64,000 nt of DNA from an uncultured delta proteobacterium. Lineage in GTDB: Bacteria; Desulfobacterota; RBG-13-43-22. A program made the position numbers and the translations under genes. The notes under the pieces are model-generated. The model searched no databases and was not told where the DNA came from. It was given only the letters and a program-made list of their open reading frames with translations. How positions within the stretch are numbered: the stretch's first letter is position 1; the number at the start of each line of letters is the position of its first letter. Positions 37,403 to 46,247 of this stretch are shown here, one piece after another. The stretch spans positions 6,159-70,158 of the forward strand of contig CAWIRY010000186.1 of assembly GCA_963838485.1 (NCBI GenBank), in the 5' to 3' direction.

Positions 37403-39003
37403 AGTAATTTTCTGCCTTTCTCCTCGACCTTCGAGGGGAGGAGGAGGATCGCCTTCTTTAGGCCGGCCCGGTCAATAACCAACACGATTGAGAGAAACAC
37501 TACCAGGGTCAACAAAACTACTCCGGCCAGTGTACCCGGACCGACAACCCAAGAAGCCAAGGAGTGGGATAAAAAGTAGGTAAGGACCCCGGCCAGGGCC
37601 GACGGCCAGATTCGGGAAAGGACCCTTGATCCCGGGATGACTTTACGCATAACTATTAACAGAGCGACATTGCCCAGGATCACGTGTACACAATACCCCA
37701 CCGAAAAACCGATAATCCCCCAGCGGGGGGTGGCGTATGCCACGATGATCCAGTTGAGCAATGTCCAGCAAAAGGCCAGGCGGGCGAAGATCTGGGGCCG
37801 CCCGGCAGCATCCAGGGCCGCGCCGACTATCGGTGAGATAAAGCCGATGGTAATAGCCAGGCTATAAACATAAAGGAGCGGAACAGCGGGCAGCCATTTG
37901 TCCGACCAGACCACCCGTACCAGAGTAGGGCCGAGCCCGCAGAAAAGCCCGGCCAGGAAGAAAGTACCAAGGGCGCAGATCAAGATGGAATGGCCGAGCG
38001 TCTCGGCGAAGGTCGAGCGGTCATGACGGAGTCGGCTGAACAGGGGAAAGGTGACGCGTCCGATGATTTCAACGATCTTAACCGGTAAGAAGCCGGCAGT
38101 CTGCGCCCAGTTAATGTAGCCCAGTGCCGTAGTGCCGAGAGTACGGCCGGCATATATCGGTGCGATCGCCCCATTGATAAAGCCGATGACATTTTTAAGT
38201 TGATAAGGGATCCCGAAGGCGATGATCGGGCGGAGTAAATGGCGATCGAAGACGAGACTGGGCCTCCAGGGACGCATGATAATAGTCATGGCGGTCCCGG
38301 CAGTCACCTGGAGCAAGACGCTGCCGACGAGGGCCCAGACACCCCAACCCCGGAAAGCCAAGAACACGGCGCTGCCATAGAATACCAGCGACTGAACAAT
38401 CTCGATCGCTGCCAATCGGCCGAAGAGCAGCTCCCGTTCCATCTGGATGCTTGGGATGATTTTCACCGTGGTGAGCAAGAGACACAACGACATGACCCGA
38501 AACAGGGCCTGAGAACCCTCTGGCAGGGTTCTCCAAATTAGAAGGAGATACGGAGTGACCACCCAGATTATGGTCACGACCACCAGGGCAATCAGAAATT
38601 GCAAAAAAAAGACGCTCGACAGTTCCCGTTGCGTCGGCGGTTCCTTGCGCTGGACCAAGGCGCCGCCGAGTCCGGCGTCTCCGATAAAAGTAAAAAACAA
38701 AAGCACGAACTGCACGACTCCGAAGACCCCGAAGTCCTGCGGAGTGAGCAGACGGGCCAGGAAGATGTTACCGCTGATCACGGCAACCTGCAGAATGGCG
38801 GAACGGATCATCAAGGCCAGGACGCCAAGGCGGGCCCGTCGCCTGAGGGTAGTGGTATCCATCCCGGGTTTGCCGGAAGAGAGATCTTCATCCGGGGCCG
38901 GAGATGAGTTGCTGATATCAGGGCTCGCCGAGGAGACTCGTTCAGCTTGTGGGGGTTGGTCGGAGTCGGGATTGGGCGGAAAACAAGGATCCTGACCGCT
39001 CAT
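37399..39003 (-). CDS. Polysaccharide/oligosaccharide flippase (Wzx-like, MOP superfamily)
   Basis: About 12-14 TM helices. It has a low-complexity Pro/Ser/Asp-rich N-terminal extension. An alternative start at 38862 (MDTTTLRRRARLG..) would remove that extension. Confidence 0.75.
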   Translation of the reverse strand: MSGQDPCFPPNPDSDQPPQAERVSSASPDISNSSPAPDEDLSSGKPGMDTTTLRRRARLGVLALMIRSAILQVAVISGNIFLARLLTPQDFGVFGVVQFVLLFFTFIGDAGLGGALVQRKEPPTQRELSSVFFLQFLIALVVVTIIWVVTPYLLLIWRTLPEGSQALFRVMSLCLLLTTVKIIPSIQMERELLFGRLAAIEIVQSLVFYGSAVFLAFRGWGVWALVGSVLLQVTAGTAMTIIMRPWRPSLVFDRHLLRPIIAFGIPYQLKNVIGFINGAIAPIYAGRTLGTTALGYINWAQTAGFLPVKIVEIIGRVTFPLFSRLRHDRSTFAETLGHSILICALGTFFLAGLFCGLGPTLVRVVWSDKWLPAVPLLYVYSLAITIGFISPIVGAALDAAGRPQIFARLAFCWTLLNWIIVAYATPRWGIIGFSVGYCVHVILGNVALLIVMRKVIPGSRVLSRIWPSALAGVLTYFLSHSLASWVVGPGTLAGVVLLTLVVFLSIVLVIDRAGLKKAILLLPSKVEEKGRKLL

Positions 39004-39267
39004 TGAAGGGCCCTTTGATGCCAGACGATACGGTGAAACCAGCGTACCCGTGGCCCGCCTTGAACGTGGATAAGAAGGGTATCCCTTAGGGTTCGGGTCT
39101 GCCTGGCCTGGCCTTGCGCGCGACTTTTCATCGGCATCTGGCGTCCTGATAGAGACTATACATACCTATTCGTGACAGGAGCAATAGTGATATAATCTTA
39201 AAAGAAGGCCGCAAGATGGTCATTTCCTTTTAATTTAAAGGATTATAGTCAGGAAAAAGAATAGGGG

Positions 39268-40206
39268 TCAAGGAGAAAAATCGGTAACCGGATATTGGAT
39301 TAATCCCAGGAAGGCCTCTCTAAGTTCCTTATATTTTTTCATCCGCAAATAACGAAAAGAGTCCCTTGCTATTACCCAGGGCAGTACCAGAAAAAAAAAG
39401 AGGAATTTCTCAGAAGATCGGCCGTTTCGAAAAACCATGAGCAGGCGATTCCGCCAGCGGGTCCGGCTTTGCAGCAGACCGTATTCATCCCCTCCGGATT
39501 GACTCACCTCATGATAAACCAGGGCTCCCGGAACGTACAAAATCCGAAAACCGGCTTTTTGCGCCCGATAACAGAAATCCACATCTTCGAAGTAGCTGAC
39601 AAACTCAGGGGCAAAGAGCCGGACCTTATTCAGGACCTTTGAATCCAACCATAAGGCACAGCCGCTGGCAAAATCGATCCTTTCCTGTCGGTCGTGCTGC
39701 CCCCGATCGGCTTCCCCTTGCCCGATATTTTTGGCCCAACCCTGCCATAGCCTTAGCTTTCCCCCACAGGCCCACAAGGTTTTTTTATCGCCATAATAAA
39801 TCTTGGGACTCAAGATGTCGGCGTGTTCCCTTTGAGAATACAGGTTTTCCAGGGCTTTTTCTTCGAGTTGGGCATCGTTATTTAATAACAGGAGATAGCG
39901 GACCTGATATTTTTCTTGGGCATAAGCCACAGCCAGATTGTACCCTTGGGCAAAGCCGTAGTTATGCTTTAAGAGCAGCAGTTCGATCCCGGGAATCCTT
40001 TTAAGTTTCTCTATAGAATCCTCGCTTGAACCGTTATCGGCGACGATGATTTGACCGTCAAATGAAAAAGGGATTTTTACGGAATCAATGGCCTTTCGGG
40101 TTAATTCCGGTTTATTCCAATTCAAGATGATAACAACCAGATCCAAAGGATTTGCCTCGATAGTAAGGACACACTCAGGGTTTTTGAAAACGTAGTGAAG
40201 GACCAA
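39268..40206 (-). CDS. Family 2 glycosyltransferase
   Basis: ..VVIILNWNKPELT..ADNGSSEDS..NYGFAQGYN..LLLNNDA.. (the DxD-type NDA and GT2 core). The TTG start is uncertain. Confidence 0.8.
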   Translation of the reverse strand: MVLHYVFKNPECVLTIEANPLDLVVIILNWNKPELTRKAIDSVKIPFSFDGQIIVADNGSSEDSIEKLKRIPGIELLLLKHNYGFAQGYNLAVAYAQEKYQVRYLLLLNNDAQLEEKALENLYSQREHADILSPKIYYGDKKTLWACGGKLRLWQGWAKNIGQGEADRGQHDRQERIDFASGCALWLDSKVLNKVRLFAPEFVSYFEDVDFCYRAQKAGFRILYVPGALVYHEVSQSGGDEYGLLQSRTRWRNRLLMVFRNGRSSEKFLFFFLVLPWVIARDSFRYLRMKKYKELREAFLGLIQYPVTDFSP

Positions 40207-40221
40207 TAAAAAGTAGGTTGC

Positions 40222-40746
40222 CTATTTCCCCCCGATGGCTTTCAATATTTCTCCCAGGGCATCCCGGGCGATGGCCCTCATTTCATCATCCGTTCTATCC
40301 TGAATGGGATGGGGAACATACACGGCTGCCGGCTCATAGCCAAGGGCCCGCGCTTGGGACTCCCCAGCCTCCTTAAATTCTGCTGAGGCCACATAAACGC
40401 CGGCCACTCCCCGCCCTTCCAGATCAACGATGTCATGCACACTGCACGACGTGCATGACCCTCAATCGGCAAGGGCTTCAATCACCACATCACATTGGGA
40501 TCTGATCTCCTGTTTAAGTTCAAGGGGAGCCACTCTGGCGAAAGTCGGTTTTTGATACCGCCTGACTTTCAGGCCTCGTCCGGTAAGTTGCTTCTCCACT
40601 TCGTCTAAAAAAATGTCCCCCCGGGGTTTGGAAATATTCAACAACCCGATGGTCCTCCCCTTCAGATCCCCGGGACACCTTAACCGTTCCCGCATCTCCG
40701 GTGATCGTTCGGCCGTGGGGTCCAGCAAAAAGGTGGTTTGCTTCAT
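40222..40746 (-). CDS. UGSC-motif selenoprotein (174 codons) with an in-frame TGA at 40462-40464 read as Sec
   Basis: ATG at 40746 with aaggag 7 nt upstream. Reads MKQTTFLLDP..VVIEALAD-[TGA]-GSCTSCSVHDIVDLEGRG..ILKAIGGK*, with ORFs 40462.. and 40222..40440 in the same frame. A perfect 9-bp hairpin begins 2 nt after the TGA. I recall a 'UGSC family (seleno)protein' label in NCBI annotation, but that is memory, not a search. Confidence 0.7.
40432..40459 (-). promoter_or_regulatory. SECIS-like stem-loop immediately 3' of the in-frame UGA
   Basis: Minus-strand RNA: UGA-GG-GUCAUGCAC-GUCGUGCAGU-GUGCAUGAC. This is a 9-bp perfect stem with a 10-nt loop that begins with GU. Confidence 0.6.
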
Positions 40747-42183
40747 GATCGAATCTCCTTGGTTACGGGTTGGCTTCCTCTTAGAGCCGCTGGCCAGCCA
40801 GCCGCCGATAATGGCCGAAAACCGTCCGGCCGTACCCCCGGCATGAACCAGGATTAGACCTCCGGAGCGAAATTTGGGCAAGGTCAACTCCATCATTTCT
40901 TCAGGGATGCCCTCGGCGATTCCCTGGGCCCCCCGCACGAGGTCTTTACCGGGAATTTGAAGCAGGCTGTCCAGTTCTTGCCTGAGCCTGAACTTGGTCC
41001 AGCCGGCTTGTTGAAAGATCCGACCGTGTTCCGGTGATACCACCAAAAGGGCGTCGGCGGCCATGGGGATCTTGGGGTGGGCCACGGTTCGCAGGCACAA
41101 GGCAAAGGTCCGGGCCAGGGATTCGGGTGTCCTGGAAAGCTGGTCAACCACGGCTTGAACCCCGTCTCCGGCAAAAAGGGTCACCGTGGATGTCCCTTCC
41201 GGAAATCCCCGTTCCATGGAAAGGGGTTCCCAGGGGGAGCCCGCCTCATTCTCGGCAAAACAAAAGGTATACTTGCCGGGATTCCCCAGAGCGGCCCGGT
41301 CAATCTCTCCCGGCCTTCCACCTCCTACATTCCGGACCACCAACTGGAGGGCCCGGCCGATCGTGGCATTGGCCCGGTTCCCCTGCCCGAGGGCGTTGAC
41401 ACCGGAGTTCATTCCAATGGCCCTGGAAATGGGACCGTTGACGATCACCACCGGACCGGAAAAATAGGTTGTGGCCAGGAGACCGTGCAAACAGAATTCA
41501 TCCAAACAGGCGGCTTCTATGGCGGCCAGAACGACCGGCAGGTACTCCGGTTTACAGCCGGCCATGACGGCATTGATGGCCACTTTCTCCACGGTACAGG
41601 CCGCCTGGTTGGGCGGAATGATTCCGACCAATTCGTCCGGAGATCTTGGTGTTCCTTCAAGCATGTGCACCACACGGACTTCGGTAGGAGGAACGACCGG
41701 CAAGCCGTCTGTCCATCCATGGGCAAAACAGGTTTCCATGTCGTCTTCCAAAGGCGGCGCGGCTATGCGCCGCGAGGCCAGATGGACCCCCCCAAAGCGG
41801 ACAGCCAGTTCCTCCGCAATCCCGGGTTCGACATTCTTCGAGCCGCAACCCGGACGAAAAGGGGCCAGCCCTTCCCCCAGTCCTTTGATCCCGGTCATGG
41901 CGCGCCATTCCTCCCGGTCCCAACCGACAATCCTCCTGGTTTCCTTGCCGTTTTCCATAAGAATCAATGTGGGGACCGTCTCAATCTGGAAATGGAAGGA
42001 TTGTTCCAGCGTTGTATCGTTGATGACACCCGCTAGGCCATCCGGAAACCCAGGGTCATCCTGGGTATAGATGGTCAGGATCCTGTTTCCTGTCCTGATC
42101 TCTTTCATGACCGGCACAATCATCGTGCAGGTGGCGCAGTCCTTTTTACAAAACAGAATTAATCCATCTCCTGGTTGCTCCAT
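40747..42183 (-). CDS. Thioredoxin-fold domain (CATC) fused to a roughly 400-aa uncharacterised domain, 3' boundary unresolved
   Basis: Likely start is the ATG at 42183 (MEQPGDGLILFCKKDCATCTMIVPV..). The conserved-looking core ..AHGWTDGLPVVPPT..AINAVMAGCKPEYLPV.. has no family I can name. As assembled, the ORF runs without a stop into the UGSC gene. A -1 frame would end at a TGA overlapping that ATG (..SQPVTKEIRS*). Confidence 0.55.
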
Positions 42184-42288
42184 CACTTGCCTTCCGATTC
42201 GTTTTTGGGGAATCTTTGAATTATATCGGCATCGATTCGAGGTTCGAAACTCGAATTGAGTTGATAAGGGATTGTTTTTGATGGGTAG

Positions 42289-42317
42289 AGTATAGGATAA
42301 GAAAAAAACCGGGTCAA
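42289..42317 (-). promoter_or_regulatory. Sigma70-type promoter candidate for the thioredoxin-like/UGSC operon
   Basis: On the minus strand: TTGACC (42317-42312), a 17-nt spacer, then TATACT (42294-42289), about 105 nt upstream of the ATG at 42183. Confidence 0.45.
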
Positions 42318-42340
42318 GGAGAAATGCAGGGCCGAATTGA

Positions 42341-43677
42341 ATCATATTAAATGTTACCGAAGGGGTTAAAATAGAGGGATCGTTGACTCATAATTAAAGT
42401 TACCGAGGAAGTTTCTCGGTAGGAGGTAATTAATTATGAGTCCCCAATCCAAAAAAGAATACCTGGCAGCCATTGTTAAACGATATAAGAATGCGTCCAG
42501 ATCCGGGAAGCACCTCATTTTGGATGAATTCTGTGCTGCTACCGGTTATCATCGAAAGCATGCTATTCGCTTGCTCAGAGGCTTTAAGCGGTTCACCAAA
42601 CCCCAGCCTAAGCGTCGTGGCCCTAAGCCCGTCTACCACTCTCCAGAGCTCTTAAAAGCCCTAAAGAATATTTGGCTGGCCGCTAATCTGCCCTGTTCCC
42701 CCCGGTTAAAAGCCTTGTTGCCTTTATGGCTGTCCAGTTACGCTCCCACCTTCGGGGTACTGGCCTCCCAGGTTTTAAGGGACCTGGAAAGGATCTCTGT
42801 CGCCACCATAGGGCGGTTGCTGAAACCCGTCCGCAGCCAGTATAAAAAACGAGGCCGGGCCACTACCAAACCCGGCACGCTCCTGCGAAAACAAATCCCC
42901 CTAAAAACCAACCAGTGGGATGAATCCCGGCCTGGCTTTTTGGAAGCCGATACCGTCGCCCATTGTGGAGACTCAATGGCTGGCATGTTCGCCTTTACCG
43001 TAGACGGCGTCGATATCGCCACCGGTTGGACCGAACAACGGGCGGTCTGGGGAAAAGGTGAATCCGGTGTCCTGGAACAAGTCCATCATATCGAACAATC
43101 TCTACCTTTCCCCTTACTCGGATTCGATTGTGATAATGGCGGCGAATTCTTAAACTACCATCTCTTCAGGCACTTCACCGAAAGAAAAAAGCCCGTCCAA
43201 TTTACTCGTAGCCGTGCCTATCATAAAGACGACAATGCCCACATCGAACAAAAAAACTGGACCCACGTCCGCCAGTGGCTGGGCTATGATCGCTTGGATA
43301 ACCCCAAAGTCGTTCCCCTCTTAAATGACCTCTATACTCAGGAATGGCGCCTTTTTCATAACTTCTTCTTGCCCTCGGTCAAACTGCTGGCCAAAGAAAG
43401 AATTGCTTCTAAAACCATCCGGCGCTATGATCCTCCTAAAACCCCTTACCAGCGGGTTATGGAATCCCCTTTGGTAACGCCGGCTATTAAAAGGGAACTC
43501 ACGGCACAGCTCAAAACCTTGAACCCCTTTCAGTTGAGAGCAGCCATTGAGATGAAGCTTAAAAAAATCTTCCAAACTCAAGAACGAAAGGATAGGTTAA
43601 TCCCTAACCCTCGGTAACATCCATTATGAGTCACTGATTTCCTACTTCACTCCCTCTGGGTAACATTTAATTATGAT
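42341..43677 (+). mobile_element. Insertion sequence of about 1.34 kb with one DDE (rve-type) transposase and doubled terminal repeats
   Basis: Outer inverted repeats ATCATA-TTAAATGTTACC (42341-42358) and GGTAACATTTAATTATGAT (43659-43677). Inner copies TGACTCATAATTAAAGTTACCGAGG (42384-42408) and CCTCGGTAACATCCATTATGAGTCA (43609-43633) match at 21 of 25 positions. No clear target-site duplication was seen. Confidence 0.7.
42436..43617 (+). CDS. DDE transposase (integrase-core/rve domain), possibly IS481- or ISNCY-like
   Basis: RBS aggagg. N-terminal HTH-like region (..ILDEFCAATGYHRKHAIRLLR..). Candidate catalytic residues in FLEADTVAH, GFDCDNGGEF and HIEQKNW. The family name is uncertain. Confidence 0.75.
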   Translation: MSPQSKKEYLAAIVKRYKNASRSGKHLILDEFCAATGYHRKHAIRLLRGFKRFTKPQPKRRGPKPVYHSPELLKALKNIWLAANLPCSPRLKALLPLWLSSYAPTFGVLASQVLRDLERISVATIGRLLKPVRSQYKKRGRATTKPGTLLRKQIPLKTNQWDESRPGFLEADTVAHCGDSMAGMFAFTVDGVDIATGWTEQRAVWGKGESGVLEQVHHIEQSLPFPLLGFDCDNGGEFLNYHLFRHFTERKKPVQFTRSRAYHKDDNAHIEQKNWTHVRQWLGYDRLDNPKVVPLLNDLYTQEWRLFHNFFLPSVKLLAKERIASKTIRRYDPPKTPYQRVMESPLVTPAIKRELTAQLKTLNPFQLRAAIEMKLKKIFQTQERKDRLIPNPR

Positions 43678-43841
43678 TAACTTGGGGGCAAAAAGACAGA
43701 GGAACGGGGGAGCGAGTGATTTAACCGAACGGACAGACCTCACCGCCTACTGCGGGCTCAAGGAGACGGGGTATTCGTTCGTTGACTAATCCGTCTTAAT
43801 CGATTATGATTCTCCCATATTTTTGAGCCGAAGAGGGGTTT

Positions 43842-44546
43842 ATGTCTTTACGCAGTTTATACGTCCTCCCTTTCTTTATCATCCTGACCGTGGTGTTTAG
43901 TGTCCTTGCCTTATTGATGGCCTTTTTTGATTCGAGTGGGAATCATTCCCATCGGATGGCTTCCCTGTGGGCTTCTCTCGTCCTCTTCTTCAGCGGGGTC
44001 CGGGTGAAGACCGTTAATATGGATGTTCTTACGCCCGGTGCACCTTATATCTTTGCCGCCAACCACCAGAGTGCTTTTGACATCCTGGCCCTTCTCGGTA
44101 AATTAAAGGTCCAATTTCGTTGGCTGGCCAAGGATAGCCTTTTTACCATCCCCGTCTTCGGCTGGGCCATGAGGAAGACCGGTTATATTCCCATTAACCG
44201 TTCCAATCCCAAGCAGGCCTATCAAAGCCTTCTTCAAGCCGCCAAAAAGGTCAACGAAGGGATCTCGGTCCTTATCTTTCCCGAAGGGACCCGACAGGAG
44301 ACGGACCGTCTGGGAGAATTTAAAAAAGGGGGCTTCATCCTGGCCTTAAAATCCCAAAAGCCCATCGTCCCGGTGGGCATAATAGGCAGCGCCAAGGTCT
44401 TGCCGAAGAACAGTTACCGGATCACCCCGGGGACCATAAGGATCATCCTGGGCAAGCCCATCCCCACGGCAGGCACCCACACCAGGGACGCCGAACCATT
44501 GATGGAGAAAGTCCGGGAGGCGATAGAGGAGAACTTGAAACATTGA
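43842..44546 (+). CDS. plsC: 1-acyl-sn-glycerol-3-phosphate acyltransferase
   Basis: N-terminal TM segment. NHQSAFD (HX4D) and FPEGTR motifs. Confidence 0.85.
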   Translation: MSLRSLYVLPFFIILTVVFSVLALLMAFFDSSGNHSHRMASLWASLVLFFSGVRVKTVNMDVLTPGAPYIFAANHQSAFDILALLGKLKVQFRWLAKDSLFTIPVFGWAMRKTGYIPINRSNPKQAYQSLLQAAKKVNEGISVLIFPEGTRQETDRLGEFKKGGFILALKSQKPIVPVGIIGSAKVLPKNSYRITPGTIRIILGKPIPTAGTHTRDAEPLMEKVREAIEENLKH

Positions 44547-46234
44547 TGCCGGATACCCAACTTTTGTTATCTGACCCCCAATCCCCCTTGGACATCATCC
44601 CCCTGGGGGGCCTGGGGGAGATCGGGCTCAATATGCTCCTGGTTCAATATGAGGAGCACATCCTGATCGTGGATGCCGGCCTGATGTTTCCGGAAGACTA
44701 CATGCTGGGCATTGATATTGTGATCCCGGATTTCAGTTATGTCTTAAAGAACAAAGAGCGCATCCGGGCCATCGTACTGACCCATGGCCATGAGGATCAC
44801 ATCGGGGCCTTGCCTTTCTTGCTTAAAGAATTATCAGTCCCGGTTTATGGTTCCCGGTTTACCTTGGAGCTGGTCAAGGAAAAATTAAGAGAACATCACC
44901 TCTTGGGACAAAGCGACCTGCGGACGGGCTCGGTCAAAGAATCCCTGAGCATAGGACCTTTTCAAATAGAATTCATCCGGGTCACCCACAGCATTCCGGA
45001 CGGTATGGGCTTAGCCATCCGGACTCCTATGGGGACCTTGATCCATTCCGGAGATTTCAAGATCGACCAGACCCCTTTAGACGGCGAAATATCGGACATC
45101 AATACTTTTGCCGCCTACGGGGCCAAGGGGGTCCTGGCCCTCATGTCGGACTCGACCAATGTCGAGAGGGAAGGCTATACCCTGCCTGAAAAAAGGATCG
45201 GCGAGACCCTGGACCAGATCATGAGGGATTGCGAAGGTCGGGTGATCGTGGCCGTCTTTGCCTCCAACATCAACCGGATCCAGCAGGTAGTCAATTCGGC
45301 GGCCCGCTATCAGCGCAAAGTGGCCTTTAACGGCAAAAGCATGGTGGTCAATTGCCGGATCGCCCAGGAATTGGGCTTCCTGACCGTCCCCTCCCAGATG
45401 GAGCTGACCCTGGGAGAAATGCTTCAGCTTCCCGATTCCCAGGTGACTATCATCACTACCGGCAGCCAGGCCGAACCCATGTCCTCTTTGACCCGGATCG
45501 CCCGGGCTGACCACAAGCAGATCAGGATCAAGAAAGGCGATACGGTCATTCTCTCCTCCAGATTTATCCCCGGAAACGAGAAGGCCATTGACGGTTTGAT
45601 CAATAACCTCTACCGATTCGGGGCCGAGGTGATTTATGAAAAGGTCTCGGAGATCCATGTCTCCGGCCATGCCAATCAGGAAGAATTAAAGTTGATGCTC
45701 CACCTGACCCGGCCTGAATATTTCATACCCATTCACGGGGAATACCGCCATCTGGTAAAGCATGCCCAATTGGCCCGGAAGATAGGCCTTCCTAAAGAAA
45801 ACCTGATCCTGGCGGAAAACGGCCAGGTCATTCGCTTTGACCGGCAAGGAGGACGGATCGTCGACCAGGTGGAAGTAGGACGGGTCTTTGTGGACGGGAA
45901 AGGGGTCGGGGATGTAGGCAGCCTGCTTCTGCGGGACAGACGCCACCTGTCCAACGAAGGACTGGTGGTGGTGCAAGTAGTCTTGAACAATCAGACCGGA
46001 GAATTGCTCTCCGGCCCCGATATCATCTCCCGGGGCTTTATTTCCGAAGAAGAATACCCACAACTGATCCAGGAGGCCAAAGAACTGGTCATAGAGATCT
46101 TGTATCTCAGGCAGAAAGAGGATATAAAGAACTGGCCCGATATCCAGGAAGAAATCCGCAAGACCCTTAAAAGGCTCTTCGATCGTTCCCTGGAACGAAG
46201 GCCGGTGATTTTGCCCTTGATTATACCGATGTAA
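44543..46234 (+). CDS. rnj: Ribonuclease J (MBL / beta-CASP family)
   Basis: ..IIPLGGLGEIGLNM.., THGHEDHIGALPFLL, HVSGHA. Length of 563 aa. Confidence 0.9.
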   Translation: MMPDTQLLLSDPQSPLDIIPLGGLGEIGLNMLLVQYEEHILIVDAGLMFPEDYMLGIDIVIPDFSYVLKNKERIRAIVLTHGHEDHIGALPFLLKELSVPVYGSRFTLELVKEKLREHHLLGQSDLRTGSVKESLSIGPFQIEFIRVTHSIPDGMGLAIRTPMGTLIHSGDFKIDQTPLDGEISDINTFAAYGAKGVLALMSDSTNVEREGYTLPEKRIGETLDQIMRDCEGRVIVAVFASNINRIQQVVNSAARYQRKVAFNGKSMVVNCRIAQELGFLTVPSQMELTLGEMLQLPDSQVTIITTGSQAEPMSSLTRIARADHKQIRIKKGDTVILSSRFIPGNEKAIDGLINNLYRFGAEVIYEKVSEIHVSGHANQEELKLMLHLTRPEYFIPIHGEYRHLVKHAQLARKIGLPKENLILAENGQVIRFDRQGGRIVDQVEVGRVFVDGKGVGDVGSLLLRDRRHLSNEGLVVVQVVLNNQTGELLSGPDIISRGFISEEEYPQLIQEAKELVIEILYLRQKEDIKNWPDIQEEIRKTLKRLFDRSLERRPVILPLIIPM

Positions 46235-46247
46235 CAGGAATTTACCC

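Noticed and set aside
40441-40464. The TGA at 40462-40464 as an ordinary stop separating two genes.
   Set aside because: The downstream ORF is in the same frame, lacks an ATG and an RBS, and its only start candidate (GTG at 40440) sits inside a perfect 9-bp stem. The U-G-S-C context plus the hairpin fit Sec decoding better. This is retained as a selenoprotein call but needs confirmation.
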